A stretch of DNA of 64,000 nucleotides from Planctomycetota bacterium. GTDB taxonomy: Bacteria > Planctomycetota > MHYJ01 > JACQXL01. The notes beneath the pieces are model-generated. The model was not told the origin of the DNA. It saw nothing but the letters and a program-made list of their open reading frames with translations, and did no database searches. This document shows, one piece after another, positions 37,041 through 46,731 of the stretch. Position 1 is the stretch's first letter. Each line of letters opens with the position of its first letter. The stretch lies in contig JBBTIZ010000023.1 of NCBI GenBank assembly GCA_038059695.1, positions 13,427 through 77,426 of the forward strand, read 5' to 3'. Both the position numbers and the translations under genes were made by a program.

Positions 37041-37427
37041 TCAATGGCTCGCTGATTCCGTTTCACAAAGTTTCTGATATGCCTCTTTGGTCAGGAGATT
37101 CTTGAGTTCCCCGCTGTCCGATAATTTAATCTTAACCAGCCAGCCGGCATTGAAAGAGTCGGTGCTGATCAGGTTAAGGTTGGAGACGACCGGTTCGTTG
37201 ACCTCAATAACCTGGCCGCTCAAAGGGCTGTTGATGTCCACCACGGTTTTGACTGATTCCACCTCGCCCATGGGTTCGGCCTGTTTTACCGCCTGCTTAA
37301 GCTTGGGCAGGTTGATAAAAATCAGGTCGCTCAGCTGCTGAGCGGCGAAATCAGTGATGCCGATTGTAGCCGTCGCGCCGTCCACCTTGGCCCATTCATG
37401 CGTTTGCGAATAATATAACTCTGCCAT
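37041..37427 (-). CDS. gcvH: Glycine cleavage system H protein (canonical, lipoyl-lysine present)
   Basis: Start at the MAELYYSQTHEWAKV Met. Lipoyl motif EVESVKTV. The upstream part of the track ORF is translated repeat sequence. Confidence 0.8.
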   Translation of the reverse strand: MAELYYSQTHEWAKVDGATATIGITDFAAQQLSDLIFINLPKLKQAVKQAEPMGEVESVKTVVDINSPLSGQVIEVNEPVVSNLNLISTDSFNAGWLVKIKLSDSGELKNLLTKEAYQKLCETESASH

Positions 37428-37480
37428 ACACGCGCTACTTTCTATGAAGAACAATAAATCCTTGAAACTTCTGCCACTGA

Positions 37481-37514
37481 GCGCCATAAGGGCGCCATGG
37501 CGCTTCGGCGCCAG
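37481..37514. repeat. 34-nt repeat gcgccataagggcgccatggcgcttcggcgccag (copy 1), contains the palindrome ggcgccatggcgcc
   Basis: Identical 34-mer at 52746-52779. Confidence 0.75.
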
Positions 37515-37557
37515 AAGGCACAAAGACACTAAGAAGAAATTAACTGGTCGTTTTCTT

Positions 37558-37586
37558 CGTGCCTTAGTGTCTTGGTGGCTAAATTT
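37558..37586. repeat. 29-nt repeat cgtgccttagtgtcttggtggctaaattt (copy 1); forms a hairpin with upstream aaggcacaaagacactaag
   Basis: Identical 29-mer at 53366-53394. Confidence 0.75.
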
Positions 37587-37660
37587 TATACCTTCCTGCA
37601 CCTTACATTATGTTATGTTATTAAAAAGGGCAAATAAAATCAGATAAAATACAAATAAGG

Positions 37661-37741
37661 TTGACCTCGCACATAAATTTATTATACTTATATTTATAGT
37701 TGGCTGTATAAACGCGATATAAATTTATGTGCGGGGTTGAC
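37661..37741. promoter_or_regulatory. Inverted repeat (cgcacataaattta / taaatttatgtgcg) with TTGAC boxes in the gcvH-htrA divergent intergenic region; likely operator/promoter
   Basis: 14-bp arms about 38 bp apart. A TTGACA at the right end sits about 45 nt upstream of the htrA ATG, with a possible -10 TATCTA and RBS GGAGGTG. Confidence 0.35.
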
Positions 37742-37785
37742 AGAATTACTCGGGCTTATTATCTAACTTATGGAGGTGTACTCAT

Positions 37786-38922
37786 ATGAGAAAAAGAATT
37801 GCGCTAATCGGGGTATGCATTATTGGAGCGTTATGTCTAACGGCGAATATTTATCCCCAGACATCCAAGCCATCGTCAAGCGGGGCGGGCGACAGCCAGA
37901 CAATAACCAGGAATACATTCATCCAGATTGCCCAAAAAGTTTCTCCATCTGTGGTAAACGTTTTTAATTTTATTGAGTACGGCGCTTTCAAAACACGCGT
38001 TAAAGCTTCATTGGGCACAGGCTTTATTATTGATTGCAAAAAAGGCATTGTTTTAACCAATCATCACGTCGTAGAAGGCGCGAAAGAACTGATGGTGGCG
38101 CTGCAAGATAAGCGAGTTCTTAAAACAAAACTACTGGGAAGCGACCCGATGTACGATGTAGCGGTGTTAGAAATACAGAACCCGCCGGCAGACCTAAAAC
38201 AAGCCAATGTAGGAAATTCGGCTAAGCTCGCTCAAGGCGAACTTGTTGTCGCCATCGGCCAGCCGCGCGGTTATGAATATACAGTCACTACCGGAATTAT
38301 TTGCGGATTCGGAAGAGAAATAAGAATCGGCAAAACCCAATGGTCCACTGTAGAATACACCCCGTCTTATTTGCAAATAGACGCCATAATAGACGCGGGG
38401 AACAGCGGCGGCCCTTTATTTAACCTGAACGGCGAGGTGGTGGGGATTAACACAGTCGGTTTTTATAAGTACGGCGGCTCCATACCTATCAATACAGCCA
38501 TGCAGGTAAAAGAGGAAATCGTAAAAAACGGGCGCGTTATCAGGGCATACTTAGGCTTAAGGGGCAGCGATTTTAATGATGAACTCGCCTGGAGATTTAA
38601 CTCCACCATAGAAGATTTAACCAGGGAACTGGGATTAAAAACAGCCAAGGGTATTTTTATACAGGGATGCGAGGAGGGTTCTCCGGCGGAATTAGTCGGC
38701 CTGGCAGAATCTGACGTGCTAATTGAACTGTCCGACAAGAAAGTCGACAACCTGAATGATTATCGCGCAATAATAAAAACCTTAAAACCTGAGACCGAAG
38801 TTAAGATAAAGTATATCCGTAAGGGTAAGGAAGAAGTGGCTACAGTAAAATTGGCGGAAATGAAAACAGGCAAAAAACCCAATGACAAACAGCCATCCGA
38901 GGGAGGCGACGAGGACGAATAA
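37786..38922 (+). CDS. htrA: HtrA/DegP-family periplasmic serine protease with PDZ domain
   Basis: Catalytic His (LTNHHVV), Ser motif GNSGGPLFN, and a PDZ region. Confidence 0.8.
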   Translation: MRKRIALIGVCIIGALCLTANIYPQTSKPSSSGAGDSQTITRNTFIQIAQKVSPSVVNVFNFIEYGAFKTRVKASLGTGFIIDCKKGIVLTNHHVVEGAKELMVALQDKRVLKTKLLGSDPMYDVAVLEIQNPPADLKQANVGNSAKLAQGELVVAIGQPRGYEYTVTTGIICGFGREIRIGKTQWSTVEYTPSYLQIDAIIDAGNSGGPLFNLNGEVVGINTVGFYKYGGSIPINTAMQVKEEIVKNGRVIRAYLGLRGSDFNDELAWRFNSTIEDLTRELGLKTAKGIFIQGCEEGSPAELVGLAESDVLIELSDKKVDNLNDYRAIIKTLKPETEVKIKYIRKGKEEVATVKLAEMKTGKKPNDKQPSEGGDEDE

Positions 38923-38949
38923 TAAAAGAGTAATCGGAGGCATTTATTT

Positions 38950-40710
38950 ATGGAAAACATCATATTTTGCGGGGGATGCGGGACGTTTATTTCAGCCAAT
39001 GAAATCTCAGCCGGCAAGGCATCCAAAATAAACAATATCTACTATTGCCAAAAATGCTCAAGCGGGACGCAATCAGCACCGGCCCGCCCGGCATCTGTTC
39101 CTCAAGCATCCCGTCCGGGCGGGATTCAGGCCAGTCCCACGGCTATGCCACCAAAACAACCCGTCCAGGCCGCGAGACCGGCTGCTGTTCCTGTTCAGCC
39201 AAGGCCTAACCCGGTTGCGCCTACAGCAAAGCAACCCATACCAGCTACTTCGGCATCAAGACCTCAGGCGCAAAAACCACTGCCGGCAAAACCCACCGTT
39301 CCCGAAGGTCAGATACGCGCCGTAACTCCGGCTGGCCCGCCCGCCCGCCCAGCCGTGGGTCAGGCAAAACCATCGCCACTGCATCAAACGCAAAAGGCGG
39401 CGCATCCGCAACCGCCGCCGAGGCCAGCGCAGACCTCGCGTCTTAGGCCGGCAGTAAAAGAAGAGGATATTGAAGAAGAAGCCGTTCCGTCCCGGCATCA
39501 TTTCGGACAGGCAAAGACCGCCAAGGGCGGGATAAAGAAAATCTATCTTATCGCTGGGGCGGCCGCGGTTATAATCATTGTGGTGATAATGATAATAACC
39601 AGCATGTCAAACGCGGCAAACCAGAAGGCAGAGGAAACCCGGCAGAAGACCCTTAAGGGCTATTTTAGCGAGATAAAAGACGCCGAAAATGATTATCCGA
39701 ATGAACCCCAAAAGGTTATTGACCAGATAAAGAAAAGGGCGGATGCGTTAAAAGGCACTGCGTACGAAAAAGATATAGATGAAATGGAGAGAAACGCCAA
39801 GGCGCGGATAGAAATTGCCGATAAAATTAAAGAACTGGAAAAACCGGTTGATACGGCAGAAGAGGTTGATAAGAGATTAAAAGATATCAGCGCGCTGAAA
39901 AGCAATCCGGCCGTTAACGACTCGCTCGGAAGCAAACTCAAGGGCCTGCTGAGCGACTTCACGAAACAGAAAAAGAAATTGGCCGAGGAGGAAAAGAAGG
40001 CCCGCGAGGGGCAGGAAGCGGCCGAGAAAAAGGCATACGAGGATTTCAAGACAAAGGTAGAGGGCTTAAAGAACAAGAAGGAATGGAAAGCAATGCTCAG
40101 GGAATGCGACGTTCTTTTAGGGCGGCCCAATACCTTACAATACCAGGAGGAAGTGGATAAAATCAAGGAGGAAGCTAAAACAGCCCTGGAAGAACAGCAG
40201 GAAAAGACAAAGAAGCGCAAGGAATGGCAGATTCTTAACGATGATATCTCCAAGTGGGATAGAAATGGCGATTCCAAATCGGAGATTTATGTTGACGAGG
40301 ATAAAATACTGCTGAAAAATCCTAATTCATCTGCTAACCGCGGGGCAATAACCACCATTACAAATAATAATGAAAAAGATGGTTGGAAGGATTTTACCCT
40401 AACAATAGAATTCAAGGTGTTAAGCGGCGCCTTGGATATATCTCTGCGGGGCGGGTTGCAAGTTTTAAATTATCAAGGGTTCCAATACCAGATATTTACC
40501 GGGATACCGGTAAAGTTCCCGAGAAGTTTCAAGGATGAGTGGCAGAAATATACCATAGAAGTAAAGGGCAAGAAGTTAACCATCAGCGGGACCGGTTTAC
40601 CAGAGCCAGCAATTAGTGATATCCCTGAAGGATCTGGTGAAATCGGAATAAACGTAAAAGGCGGCGATAATATAATTGTCAAGGAATTGAAAGTAAAGGT
40701 GATAGAATAG
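38950..40710 (+). CDS. Hypothetical membrane protein: N-terminal zinc ribbon, Pro-rich linker, TM helix, K/E-rich coiled coil, C-terminal beta-rich domain
   Basis: CGGCGTF...YYCQKCSSG, then a Pro/Ala/Gln-rich linker, IYLIAGAAAVIIIVVIMIITSM, a long K/E-rich segment, and a C-terminal domain of about 170 aa. Confidence 0.4.
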   Translation: MENIIFCGGCGTFISANEISAGKASKINNIYYCQKCSSGTQSAPARPASVPQASRPGGIQASPTAMPPKQPVQAARPAAVPVQPRPNPVAPTAKQPIPATSASRPQAQKPLPAKPTVPEGQIRAVTPAGPPARPAVGQAKPSPLHQTQKAAHPQPPPRPAQTSRLRPAVKEEDIEEEAVPSRHHFGQAKTAKGGIKKIYLIAGAAAVIIIVVIMIITSMSNAANQKAEETRQKTLKGYFSEIKDAENDYPNEPQKVIDQIKKRADALKGTAYEKDIDEMERNAKARIEIADKIKELEKPVDTAEEVDKRLKDISALKSNPAVNDSLGSKLKGLLSDFTKQKKKLAEEEKKAREGQEAAEKKAYEDFKTKVEGLKNKKEWKAMLRECDVLLGRPNTLQYQEEVDKIKEEAKTALEEQQEKTKKRKEWQILNDDISKWDRNGDSKSEIYVDEDKILLKNPNSSANRGAITTITNNNEKDGWKDFTLTIEFKVLSGALDISLRGGLQVLNYQGFQYQIFTGIPVKFPRSFKDEWQKYTIEVKGKKLTISGTGLPEPAISDIPEGSGEIGINVKGGDNIIVKELKVKVIE

Positions 40711-40713
40711 TTT

Positions 40714-41058
40714 ATGAGCGATATAATAAAAGAAGTTACAGACCAGACGTTCGGGAATGAGGTGTTAAAATCAAGCAATCCGGTCTTGGTGGATTTCTGG
40801 GCGCCCTGGTGCGGGCCCTGCCGGATGCTGACGCCCATTTTAACCAAACTGGCCTCTCAATATCAGGGAAAACTGAAGGTGGTAAAATTGAATACCGACG
40901 AGAACCCTGATACGGCTACCACCTATAATATTTCGGCCATTCCCACCCTGCTGTTCTTCAATGGCGGGCAAATGGTAAACCAGATTATCGGGGTGAAACC
41001 ACCCGATGAGTTGAAAAAGATAATTGACGAGGTGCTACCCCTGCGGGATAGCAATTAG
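40714..41058 (+). CDS. trxA: Thioredoxin
   Basis: Active site WAPWCGPCRM. Confidence 0.85.
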   Translation: MSDIIKEVTDQTFGNEVLKSSNPVLVDFWAPWCGPCRMLTPILTKLASQYQGKLKVVKLNTDENPDTATTYNISAIPTLLFFNGGQMVNQIIGVKPPDELKKIIDEVLPLRDSN

Positions 41059-41075
41059 ATAGGATACCGTTAGGT

Positions 41076-42041
41076 ATGAAATATTTAATTACGGGCGGGG
41101 CCGGATTCATCGGCTCCCATTTAGCCGAAACCCTGCTCAACCAGAATGACGAAGTCTGGATTATTGACAACCTCTCCACCGGCAGCATCAATAATATAGA
41201 GCATCTCAAATCCAATCCTAGATTCCATTACACGATTGACACTATATTCAATGAACCGCGGTTAGCGGAATTGATAGATAATTGCGATATCGTGTTCCAT
41301 CTGGCCGCGGCTGTGGGCGTCCGGCTTATTGTGGAAAGCCCGGTTAACACCATCGAAACCAACATCGCCGGGACCGAGAGCGTTCTCAAACTGGCAAACA
41401 AGAAGAACAAGATTGTCCTGATTGCCTCAAGTTCCGAGGTCTACGGCAAGAGCACTAAAATTCCATTCAATGAAGATGACGATACGATTATGGGCCCAAC
41501 TGTCAAATCACGCTGGAGTTATGCCTGTTCCAAGGCGATAGATGAATTCCTGGCGCTGGCTTACTGGCGGGAGAAGAAATTGCCCACTATCGTAGTCCGG
41601 CTCTTTAATACGGTCGGGCCGAGGCAATCAGGCCGGTACGGAATGGTGATTCCCCGCTTTGTCCAGCAGGCGCTGGCCGGAGAGCCATTTACGGTTTACG
41701 GAACGGGCAAACAATCACGATGCTTTACGGATGTGAGCGACGTGGTCGGCGCATTAATAAAAGTGGTCACTCATCCCAAGTCAATCGGCCAGGTCTTTAA
41801 TGTCGGCAGTGAGCAGGAAATTACCATTGAGACGCTGGCATCCAAGATAAAAGAAAAGACAAAGAGTTCATCAAAGATAAAATATATTCCTTATGACGAA
41901 GCATACGAGAGCGGGTTTGAGGATATGCTCAGGCGCGTTCCGGACCTGACCAAGATAGGAAAACTTATCAATTACCAGCCAACCCAGAATATCGACCAGA
42001 TACTGGATAAAATAATCAGGTATTTCAGAGAACAGAAATAA
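41076..42041 (+). CDS. NAD-dependent epimerase/dehydratase (extended SDR; UDP-sugar epimerase/decarboxylase-like)
   Basis: ITGGAGFIGSHL Rossmann motif and a YxxxK region (YACSKAIDE). Confidence 0.75.
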   Translation: MKYLITGGAGFIGSHLAETLLNQNDEVWIIDNLSTGSINNIEHLKSNPRFHYTIDTIFNEPRLAELIDNCDIVFHLAAAVGVRLIVESPVNTIETNIAGTESVLKLANKKNKIVLIASSSEVYGKSTKIPFNEDDDTIMGPTVKSRWSYACSKAIDEFLALAYWREKKLPTIVVRLFNTVGPRQSGRYGMVIPRFVQQALAGEPFTVYGTGKQSRCFTDVSDVVGALIKVVTHPKSIGQVFNVGSEQEITIETLASKIKEKTKSSSKIKYIPYDEAYESGFEDMLRRVPDLTKIGKLINYQPTQNIDQILDKIIRYFREQK

Positions 42042-42179
42042 CAAAAGTAAATCCCGCCATCTCCGTCCCGTAGAGCGGTAGCGGAGCGGGGTCGGCGGGA
42101 CATAACGAGGCTGTAACGCTCCGGAGTTTATCCTGAGTATAACAAAGGGTCGCTAACAGCCTCTAATGGGAGAATAAAA

Positions 42180-42635
42180 ATGATTAGCGGCGTTAAAATA
42201 AAGAGGTTGAATCCGATTTCTGATGAAAGAGGCCGGGTGATGGAAATCCTGAGATGTGATGATGAAATCTTCAGGAAATTCGGGCAGGTTTATGTTACTA
42301 CGGCCTATCCGGGCGTGGTCAAGGCCTGGCATTACCATAAAAAGCAGACCGATTCTTTTACGGTACTGCACGGAATGGTTAAGATGGTGCTTTACGATGA
42401 CCGCAAGAATTCCTCAACCAAAGGGGATGTCAACGAATTCTTTATAGGCCTGCATAATCCGATTCTGCTCCAGATTCCGCCTGAGGTCTATCACGGATTC
42501 AAGTGTATCAGCGAATACGAGTCCATAATGCTCAATTGCCCCAACGAATCCTATAACCGCAAGCAACCCGACGAATACCGGATTCCGGCTCATACCAAAA
42601 AGATACCGTATAGCTGGGCGCGAAAAGACGGCTAA
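42180..42635 (+). CDS. RmlC-like cupin (dTDP-4-dehydrorhamnose 3,5-epimerase/sugar 3,4-ketoisomerase-like)
   Basis: About 150 aa cupin with a conserved His pair (KAWHYHK). Lies next to a nucleotide-sugar epimerase. Confidence 0.5.
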   Translation: MISGVKIKRLNPISDERGRVMEILRCDDEIFRKFGQVYVTTAYPGVVKAWHYHKKQTDSFTVLHGMVKMVLYDDRKNSSTKGDVNEFFIGLHNPILLQIPPEVYHGFKCISEYESIMLNCPNESYNRKQPDEYRIPAHTKKIPYSWARKDG

Positions 42636-42660
42636 ATTACAACCCGGCCAAGCAGTATTT

Positions 42661-43512
42661 ATGAATATAAACGGCATCGATGTTTATCTCGTCAGCGACG
42701 GTTCTTTCCGGCTGGACGGCGGGGCAATGTTCGGCGTGGTGCCGCGTCTGCTCTGGGAAAAACGCGCTCCCCCGGACGATAAAAACCGCATTAAAATGGG
42801 ACTCTGGTGCCTGCTTATCAGGACAAATAATAAAAACATCCTTATTAATACCGGCATCGGCGATAAATTTAACAGCCGTTATCAGGATATCTTTGAGGTT
42901 CAACACCCGCCATCTCTTATATCTTCTCTGGCTGAATATGCTGTTAAGCCGGCTGATATAGACGTCGTGATTCTGACCCATCTGCATTTTGACCACTGTG
43001 GCGGCAATACCAGCCAATTGCGAAATACGAAAGGCGAATTGCAAGTTGTTCCGACATTTCCCAAGGCCAGGTATATTGTGCAGAAAACGGAATGGGAAAA
43101 ATCCGTCAATCCGAATGAACGCACCAGGGCCAGTTATATAAAGGATAATCTTATTCCCATCAAAGAGGCAAACCAGATGGAACTGATTGACGGCGATAAG
43201 GAAATCCTGCCCGGGATATCTGTCCGGGTTACCGGCGGCCATACCCGCGGCCATCAGATTGTTTTTATTGAATCCGGCAATAAAAAGGCGGTTTATTGGA
43301 GCGACCTGATTCCCACCACGGCACACATTGACCTGCCTTATATTATGAGTTATGACCTCTACCCTGAGGAAACCCTGGAAGAGAAAAGACGGCTGGTTGA
43401 ACAGGCGATAAAAGAAGAATGGATTTGTTTCTGGGAGCACGACCCAATGATAAATTGCGGGTACATCCGCAAAGATACCAACGGCAAGTTAACGGTTGAA
43501 CCATTATCATAA
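42661..43512 (+). CDS. MBL-fold metallo-hydrolase
   Basis: HxHxDH motif ILTHLHFDHCGG. Confidence 0.7.
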   Translation: MNINGIDVYLVSDGSFRLDGGAMFGVVPRLLWEKRAPPDDKNRIKMGLWCLLIRTNNKNILINTGIGDKFNSRYQDIFEVQHPPSLISSLAEYAVKPADIDVVILTHLHFDHCGGNTSQLRNTKGELQVVPTFPKARYIVQKTEWEKSVNPNERTRASYIKDNLIPIKEANQMELIDGDKEILPGISVRVTGGHTRGHQIVFIESGNKKAVYWSDLIPTTAHIDLPYIMSYDLYPEETLEEKRRLVEQAIKEEWICFWEHDPMINCGYIRKDTNGKLTVEPLS

Positions 43513-43683
43513 ATTAGCCCCTTCACCCTTCCCTCTCCCCTATGGGGAGAGGATAGATGAGGGGGAACTGGCATTGAAATTCCATACGATAAAATACTTG
43601 ACATATCGGTGAATAGAGATATAATCTTTTAATAGTAATATCAGGAATGGACGCCCAAAGGCGTCAAGAGGAGGAGGGTCTTT

Positions 43684-44388
43684 ATGGTAAAAACGCTATT
43701 TATCGGAACAACGGCAGGAATAATTCTTGCCTTGGCTGGTTGCGGAATGAGTCGGGTGTCTTCAACCTATTCGGTTGATACCACACCGGTAAAGACATAT
43801 ACACCGCCTCCGGCGACAATCAAGGTAAAAACTATCGCGATCCTGCCCTTTAAGGACAAAACCACCAACAGCCCGATTAAAGGAGATGTGGGCAGTATGG
43901 CCGTGGACCAGCTAACCACACTTCTGGTGAATTCTGAACGTTTCAGTGTTATTGAACGTGAACGTCTGGATGCGGTCCTGGCCGAACAAGGCCTGGCCGG
44001 AAAAGGCATCGTGGATTCCGCAACCGCGGCTCAGGTCGGCAAGGTTTTAGGCGTTGACCTAATATTTACCGGCGCCGTCACCAACTGGGAGGTCAAGGAG
44101 TCAAAATCAGCCACCTTTGTGCTGATTGGCGGCGGGTCTGAAAGAGCCCTTGATATTGACATGGCAGTAGACGGCCGGATTATTGATACGACCACCGGCC
44201 AGATTTTCTTTGCCGACTCCGGCGAGGTAAAACGGACGGAAAGCGTCTCTAAATCTGCCATCTTAAGTTTCGCTCCGGATGGCTATATTAAATTGGACCA
44301 GTCAGTGGCCGGCAAACAACTGCGCCTGGTACTGGATAATATGCTTTCCAAAATAATTCCGAAGGTGGATGCCAAGTTCAGCAGATAA
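43684..44388 (+). CDS. CsgG-family lipoprotein (paralog 1)
   Basis: Lipobox LALAGCG, then IAILPFKDKT...ERFSVIERERLDAVLAEQGL...GKVLGVDLIFTGAVT. Confidence 0.55.
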   Translation: MVKTLFIGTTAGIILALAGCGMSRVSSTYSVDTTPVKTYTPPPATIKVKTIAILPFKDKTTNSPIKGDVGSMAVDQLTTLLVNSERFSVIERERLDAVLAEQGLAGKGIVDSATAAQVGKVLGVDLIFTGAVTNWEVKESKSATFVLIGGGSERALDIDMAVDGRIIDTTTGQIFFADSGEVKRTESVSKSAILSFAPDGYIKLDQSVAGKQLRLVLDNMLSKIIPKVDAKFSR

Positions 44389-44432
44389 TACCCGCTCCGC
44401 CCGTACGGGCGCCAGGGCCCAAAGAGTAAAGT

Positions 44433-45242
44433 ATGCGGTATACATTATGCAAAATAATAAAAGGCGGGCTACTACTTTTTACCATTTGCTTATTACTTAC
44501 TCCTTTTATATCGGGATGTGCGGCCGCCAGGGTTAATACCACCTATCAGGATGATGACAGTAAGTGCGGGATTTATCCGCCTCCGCCGGCTAATTTCGTC
44601 AGGAAGCGGATAGCCATAATCCCACTTAAGGACAAGACCAACCAGCAATACACCAAAACCGACCTGGGTTCCCAGGCCGTGGATATCGGCATAACGTTAT
44701 TGCTGAATGCCGAGCGGTTTGACGTAGTGGAGCGGGAACGGCTGGATGCCCTGTTAGCCGAGCAGAAACTGGTCGGAATAGTTGACCCGGAAACCGCGGC
44801 CAAGGCCGGCAAGATTTTAGGCGTTGATTTGATATTTACCGGAGCCATAACTAACTTTGAAATAGAACGTTCCAAAACCGGCGGTAATTTTGGATTGCCC
44901 CGCATCGGCAAGATGCCGGCTTTTGCTGTTCAAAAACAGACCTCTATTATGGCGATTTCGTTAGCCATTGACGGCCGGGTAATTGAGGTGGAAACCGGCC
45001 GGGTTCTCTTTGCCGGTTCCGGCGAGATTAAGCGGGAGGAGAGAGCGGATAACTGGGGTGTCTGGCTGGAAAGCGGAGCCCATGTTTCATCCAAAGAGAA
45101 AATAAAGATAGACCAGAATGCAGCCGGCAAGCAACTCCGTTTTGCGCTGGACGCCCTGATTAAGAAACTTATTCCCAAGATTGACGCGACCTATGGCGTA
45201 ATAACGCCTGCGCCGGAAAAACAAACAGAGAATGAACCCTGA
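44433..45242 (+). CDS. CsgG-family lipoprotein (paralog 2)
   Basis: Lipobox FISGCAA, then IAIIPLKDKT...ERFDVVERERLDALLAEQKL...GKILGVDLIFTGAIT. Confidence 0.55.
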   Translation: MRYTLCKIIKGGLLLFTICLLLTPFISGCAAARVNTTYQDDDSKCGIYPPPPANFVRKRIAIIPLKDKTNQQYTKTDLGSQAVDIGITLLLNAERFDVVERERLDALLAEQKLVGIVDPETAAKAGKILGVDLIFTGAITNFEIERSKTGGNFGLPRIGKMPAFAVQKQTSIMAISLAIDGRVIEVETGRVLFAGSGEIKREERADNWGVWLESGAHVSSKEKIKIDQNAAGKQLRFALDALIKKLIPKIDATYGVITPAPEKQTENEP

Positions 45243-45412
45243 CTCTGATTGTCTTACGACATATTTGAGCCCCGTTAAAGCGGGATAAACTCCGCGAATT
45301 ATCCGCCGAAGGCGGATCCGCCTTTGGCGGACAGGCCGTAAGACCCCGCCGGGAATTTATTGTCGGCGGGCAACCTAATCAATAAAAAGGGGTAAATAGA
45401 ATAGGATGCATT

Positions 45413-45886
45413 ATGGAAAAGACATTAGTAATTATCAAGCCCGATGGAGTCCAGCGGAAATTAATAGGCGAGATTATCAACCGTTTTGAGAACAAGGGCC
45501 TGAAAATCGTGGCGCTAAAAATGCTCAAGGTCTCGCCCAAACAGGCCGAAACCCTTTACGCCGTGCATAAAAAGAAGCCGTTTTACCAGGGACTGCTTAA
45601 ATTCATCACGGCCGGACCGGTAGTAACTATGGTCATAGAGGCAATTAGCGCGGTGAATATCTGCCGCAAGTTGCTCGGGGCAACCTTCGGCCCTGATGCC
45701 GAAGCCGGCACCATCCGCGGCGATTTCGGAGCCAGTATCAGTTATAACCTGATTCACGCCTCGGATTCGCCCGAAGCCGCCGGTAACGAAATTGCCATCT
45801 TCTTTAAGGATACCGAAATCCTGGCTTACCACCTGGATAACCTTAAATGGGTTTATCATCCTTCCGAAGAAGAAGAGATGAATTAA
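45413..45886 (+). CDS. ndk: Nucleoside diphosphate kinase
   Basis: IIKPDGVQR and active-site NLIHASDS. Confidence 0.85.
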   Translation: MEKTLVIIKPDGVQRKLIGEIINRFENKGLKIVALKMLKVSPKQAETLYAVHKKKPFYQGLLKFITAGPVVTMVIEAISAVNICRKLLGATFGPDAEAGTIRGDFGASISYNLIHASDSPEAAGNEIAIFFKDTEILAYHLDNLKWVYHPSEEEEMN

Positions 45887-45916
45887 TCTTATACCTTAAT
45901 ACGAATGGAGGGTTCC

Positions 45917-46342
45917 ATGAACAACAGAAATAACCGCGGATTCACGCTGATAGAACTGATGATGGTCGTGATTATCATCGGAATACTGGCGGCCATTGTA
46001 GTGCCTAAGTTTACCGGCCAAGTCGGAAGGGCGCGAATAGCCGCGGCGAAATTAGAAATCAGGAATATCGACATGGCCTTGGAGAGATACGAGATGGAAA
46101 ACGGCTCATTCCCTACCACCGAACAGGGTCTAAGGGCCCTGAGGGAAAAGCCCACTTCTTCTCCGGTACCCCGGGATTGGAGCGGTCCTTATCTGAAGGA
46201 TGACCCCAAAGACCCCTGGCAACAACCCTATCAATACCGCCGCCCTTCACAAAATAACCTTGATTATGACATCTGGTCTATTGGCGATGATGGCAAGGAT
46301 GGAACCGAAGATGATATCGCAAATTGGAAGAAAGATAAATAA
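45917..46342 (+). CDS. gspG: Type II secretion system major pseudopilin GspG
   Basis: Prepilin leader plus GFTLIELMMVVIIIGILAAIVVP. GspG-type DPWQQPYQY. Start at the second ATG with GGAGGG RBS. Confidence 0.75.
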   Translation: MNNRNNRGFTLIELMMVVIIIGILAAIVVPKFTGQVGRARIAAAKLEIRNIDMALERYEMENGSFPTTEQGLRALREKPTSSPVPRDWSGPYLKDDPKDPWQQPYQYRRPSQNNLDYDIWSIGDDGKDGTEDDIANWKKDK

Positions 46343-46724
46343 ATCTTCTGCTGACAATCCCGCCTCATTATCAGCCGGGATAACCCTTTTGGAGGTCCTG
46401 ATTGCTATTTCTATTCTGGCAATCTGCATCGTGGCTATTTTTACTGTCTTTATCAGTTGCTTTGATGCCCAGTTAAGGGCGGAAAACCACTCTAAAGCCG
46501 CGCTTATCGCAATGGATGCCCTGGAATATGCCAATGAATTCCCCATCCCTTTAAGTTCGCAGGAATTAAACGAGGATGTCCGTAAGTTTACCTGGGAGTT
46601 CAGCCAGAATGATATTGAGGAATATCCTAAACTAAAGGAAATTATTATTGATATTATCTGGGAACAGGGTAAAAGACAGGGTAAATTTTCTCTGACTACA
46701 TACTGTTGGAACCCCCAGAAATAA
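46311..46724 (+). CDS. Minor pseudopilin (GspH/GspI-like); start uncertain
   Basis: Prepilin-like N-terminal helix GITLLEVLIAISILAICIVAIF. Track ORF starts at 46200 inside gspG; the true start is probably near or after the gspG stop. Confidence 0.45.
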   Translation: MISQIGRKINKSSADNPASLSAGITLLEVLIAISILAICIVAIFTVFISCFDAQLRAENHSKAALIAMDALEYANEFPIPLSSQELNEDVRKFTWEFSQNDIEEYPKLKEIIIDIIWEQGKRQGKFSLTTYCWNPQK

Positions 46725-46731
46725 TAACCTT

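Noticed and set aside
37430-37660. Glycine riboswitch upstream of gcvH
   Set aside because: Searched the minus-strand leader for the tandem-aptamer hallmarks (GGAGAG...ACCGAAGGGGCAA...CUCUGGAGAG). None present. The region is instead occupied by the duplicated 34-nt and 29-nt repeat elements.
39693-40277. 194-aa Ser/Phe/Leu-rich minus-strand ORF
   Set aside because: Antisense to the Lys/Glu-rich coiled-coil region of the 586-aa zinc-ribbon membrane protein. AAG/GAA-rich coding DNA yields CTT/TTC open frames on the opposite strand.
42637-43440. 267-aa ORF on the minus strand
   Set aside because: Lies entirely antisense to the MBL-fold hydrolase gene, which has a clear HxHxDH motif. No motif of its own and Arg/Gly-rich composition typical of antisense frames in GC-rich coding DNA.
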